64,000 nucleotides of DNA from an uncultured Verrucomicrobiota bacterium (lineage in GTDB: Bacteria; Verrucomicrobiota; Verrucomicrobiia; Limisphaerales; UBA9464): contig CAIMMI010000351.1 of NCBI GenBank assembly GCA_903842505.1, positions 261-64,260 of the forward strand, given 5' to 3'. The notes beneath the pieces are model-generated. The model was not told the DNA's origin. It ran no database searches and saw only the letters and a program-made list of their open reading frames with translations. Made by a program: the position numbers and the translations under genes. Positions 61,395 through 64,000 of the stretch are shown here, in pieces; position 1 is the first letter of the stretch, and every line of letters starts with the position of its first letter.

Positions 61395-62477
61395 ATGCTC
61401 GAAAACATTCTCTCAGATCCCTCGGTCCAGTTCTTCCTGTTCAGCGCGGCCAAGATCGCCGTGGTGTTCGGCGTCGTGATGACGTTTGTCGCCTATGCGG
61501 TGCTGGTTGAACGCAAGGTGTCGGCCGCGATCCAGGACCGTGTGGGTCCGAACCGGACGGCGCCGCCGCTGGCGCTGAAGATTCCGGTGCTCGGACGCCT
61601 TCTCCAGCGCTGGGGCATGTTCCAGCCGATGGCAGACGGGTTGAAGTTCATCCTGAAGGAAGACTTCACGCCGGCGTATGTCCGGACGATTTACTTCTGG
61701 CTGGCTCCTGCGATCTCGGTGATCCCGGCCTTCCTCACGCTGGCGGTGATTCCCTTTGGATCCAACCTCGGCCAGCAGAAGATGGTCATCGCGGACCTGA
61801 ACGTCGGCATCCTCTACACCTTCGGCATCGTTTCGCTGGGCGTGTATGGGATCGTGCTGGCCGGTTGGTCCTCGAACTCGAAGTACCCGTTCCTCGGTGG
61901 CATCCGTTCGAGTGCGCAGATGATCTCATACGAGATCGCGATGGGCATGAGCGTCGTGTCGCTGTTCCTGATTTCCGGTGACCTGAATCTCTCGAAGTTG
62001 GTGGAGTGGCAGGCGAACCATGGGTGGCTGGTGTTCTACCAACCGGTGTCGTTCGTGATCTTCCTGGTGGCTGCGTTTGCGGAGACGAACCGTCTGCCGT
62101 TTGACCTTCCGGAATCCGAGACCGAGCTGGTCGGTGGCTACCACACGGAATACAGCTCGATGAAGTTCGCGCTCTTCTTTCTGGGTGAGTACGCGAACAT
62201 GATCGCCAGTTCGGCGATGATGGTGACGCTTTTCTTCGGTGGCTGGTCGCTGCCGTTCCTGGGCAAGCCGGCGGAGTCGCTGCTGGGCGGCCTGATCCAC
62301 ATCGGGATCTTCATCGCCAAGATGATCGTCCTGATGATCGTGTTCATCTGGGTACGATGGATGCTGCCGCGCTTCCGGTACGACCAATTGATGGATCTGG
62401 GATGGCGGCGGTTCATTCCGCTGGCGCTGGCGAACATCGTCGCGACGGCCCTCGGGGTCGCCCTGTTTAACCGCTGA
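61395..62477 (+). CDS. nuoH: NADH-quinone oxidoreductase subunit H
   Basis: AAIQDRVGPNR, GWSSNSKYPFLGGIRS.AQMISYE, and FAETNRLPFDLPESETELV.G are NuoH signatures. Confidence 0.9.
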   Translation: MLENILSDPSVQFFLFSAAKIAVVFGVVMTFVAYAVLVERKVSAAIQDRVGPNRTAPPLALKIPVLGRLLQRWGMFQPMADGLKFILKEDFTPAYVRTIYFWLAPAISVIPAFLTLAVIPFGSNLGQQKMVIADLNVGILYTFGIVSLGVYGIVLAGWSSNSKYPFLGGIRSSAQMISYEIAMGMSVVSLFLISGDLNLSKLVEWQANHGWLVFYQPVSFVIFLVAAFAETNRLPFDLPESETELVGGYHTEYSSMKFALFFLGEYANMIASSAMMVTLFFGGWSLPFLGKPAESLLGGLIHIGIFIAKMIVLMIVFIWVRWMLPRFRYDQLMDLGWRRFIPLALANIVATALGVALFNR

Positions 62478-62494
62478 GACCAAGAGGACGAGAC

Positions 62495-63073
62495 ATGACC
62501 AAGGTTGTTGATCGCAGTCCGCTGAATTTCTACGAGAAGACCTACCTGCCGGCATTGGTGGAGGGCTTCAAGGTGACCGCGCGCCATTTCGTCCGGACGG
62601 TGAAGGGCGAGAACACCGCGACGGATCTGGGCGATGGTTACTATCCCGAGGTGCCCTGGCGGGTGAACGAGGGATACCGTGGGGCGCCGTATCTGGTCCG
62701 GGACCAGGAAGGCTCCACCAAGTGTGTCTCGTGCCAGTTGTGCGAGTTCATCTGCCCGCCCAAGGCCATCAAGATCACGCCGCCGGGTCCGGAAGGGCAG
62801 GGGGCGGATCGGCCCAACGCGGAGAAGATGCCGCGTGAGTTCGAGATCAACATGCTGCGGTGCATCTTCTGTGGGCTTTGCCAGGAAGTCTGCCCGGAGG
62901 AGGCGATCTTCCTGCAGCAGCATTACTCCCTCTCCGGGTTGAGCCGGGAGGAGATGGTTTACAACAAGGAGAAACTCCTGAAACTCGGCGGTGTCCACGC
63001 CGGCATCCAGAAGTGGAAACACAAGCTGGAGGAAGCCCGGGAACAGGAATCATTCCCCGTCCAAGTCGACTGA
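62495..63073 (+). CDS. nuoI: NADH-quinone oxidoreductase subunit I
   Basis: It has two 4Fe-4S motifs, CVSCQLCEFICP and CIFCGLCQEVCP. Confidence 0.9.
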   Translation: MTKVVDRSPLNFYEKTYLPALVEGFKVTARHFVRTVKGENTATDLGDGYYPEVPWRVNEGYRGAPYLVRDQEGSTKCVSCQLCEFICPPKAIKITPPGPEGQGADRPNAEKMPREFEINMLRCIFCGLCQEVCPEEAIFLQQHYSLSGLSREEMVYNKEKLLKLGGVHAGIQKWKHKLEEAREQESFPVQVD

Positions 63074-63104
63074 CCCGGTCACGACCGGAAGACGAGACAA
63101 GTCC

Positions 63105-63617
<513 letters not shown>

Positions 63618-63618
63618 C

Positions 63619-63924
63619 ATGGAAACTGGACTTCCCCACTACCTGATCGTCAGCGCCCTGCTGTTCTCGCTGGGTTTGCTGGGCGTGATTGCGCGCCGCA
63701 GCCTGCTGGTGATGTACATGAGCCTCGAGTTGATGCTGAACGCCGCGAATCTGGCGTTGGTGGCCTTCTCCCGGTTCAACCAGAATCTCAATGGTCAGGT
63801 GATGGTGTTCTTCATCATCACCGTGGCCGCCGCGGAAGTTGCCGTGGGCCTGGCCCTCATCGTCGCCCTCTTCCGCAAACGACAGACTTCCCACGTGGAG
63901 GATCTCGCCTCGCTCAAGCTCTGA
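63619..63924 (+). CDS. nuoK: NADH-quinone oxidoreductase subunit K
   Basis: 101 aa with three TMs. [12 protein letters not shown]...[13 protein letters not shown] is the NuoK signature. Confidence 0.9.
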   Translation: METGLPHYLIVSALLFSLGLLGVIARRSLLVMYMSLELMLNAANLALVAFSRFNQNLNGQVMVFFIITVAAAEVAVGLALIVALFRKRQTSHVEDLASLKL

Positions 63925-63934
63925 CCCGCGCCGC

Positions 63935-64000
63935 ATGGACGCCCACGCCACCCAACAAGTCGCCGAAGCTGGCTCGAAGTATCAGGACCTCGCCTGGATG
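63935..64000 (+). CDS. 5' end of the next ORF (position suggests nuoL; cannot be verified from 22 codons)
   Basis: ATG 63935 gives MDAHATQQVAEAGSKYQDLAWM.... It is not yet hydrophobic and is called by position only. Confidence 0.25.
   Translation, partial: MDAHATQQVAEAGSKYQDLAWM

Noticed and set aside
63935-64000. Calling nuoL confidently at the window edge.
   Set aside because: Only 22 codons are visible and they are hydrophilic. The true nuoL start may lie further downstream, so it is kept as a low-confidence positional call only.

Overview
Chromosomal, visibly GC-rich bacterial DNA (roughly two thirds G+C by eye; not computed). The gene content (several PQQ-like beta-propellers, GspG-type pseudopilins, PPC/Ig surface proteins) and the style of the intergenic repeats suggest the PVC superphylum, probably Verrucomicrobiota; this is inference only. 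I call about 52 protein genes, 1 tRNA and many short dispersed repeats. Main blocks: (i) 1-20 kb, a housekeeping/accessory mix with lpxK, Mn/Fe superoxide dismutase, feoA-feoA-feoB, a GH32 fructan hydrolase plus SGNH esterase, L-fuconate dehydratase and efp. (ii) 20.1-33.0 kb, a type II secretion locus gspEFG-HIJK followed by a pilMNOPQ-like tail whose secretin is split into two genes. (iii) 38.3-45.2 kb, a three-gene unit: a secreted PPC/Ig protein, an orphan sigma54-dependent response regulator, and a 1166-aa FecR-TPR-TonB-receptor-like barrel fusion. (iv) 45.2-54.7 kb, one minus-strand block holding a translationally coupled TonB-dependent receptor / YfiR-like / hybrid histidine kinase trio and a beta-propeller / methyltransferase / glycosyltransferase trio. 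(v) 54.9-64.0 kb, nuoBCDE-[antisense tRNA-Gln]-nuoFGHIJK, with no nuoA. Most of the larger intergenic regions are built from a small vocabulary of AT-richer repeat words (GGGAGTTTCAAG..., GTGGGGCGAG..., CCTCCTGACGTCG...). One composite copy sits inside the T2SS operon and supplies the start codon of gspH. Most long ORFs in the six-frame track that overlap the called genes on the other strand or frame are GC-driven shadow ORFs (Arg/Pro/Gly/His-rich) and are not called.
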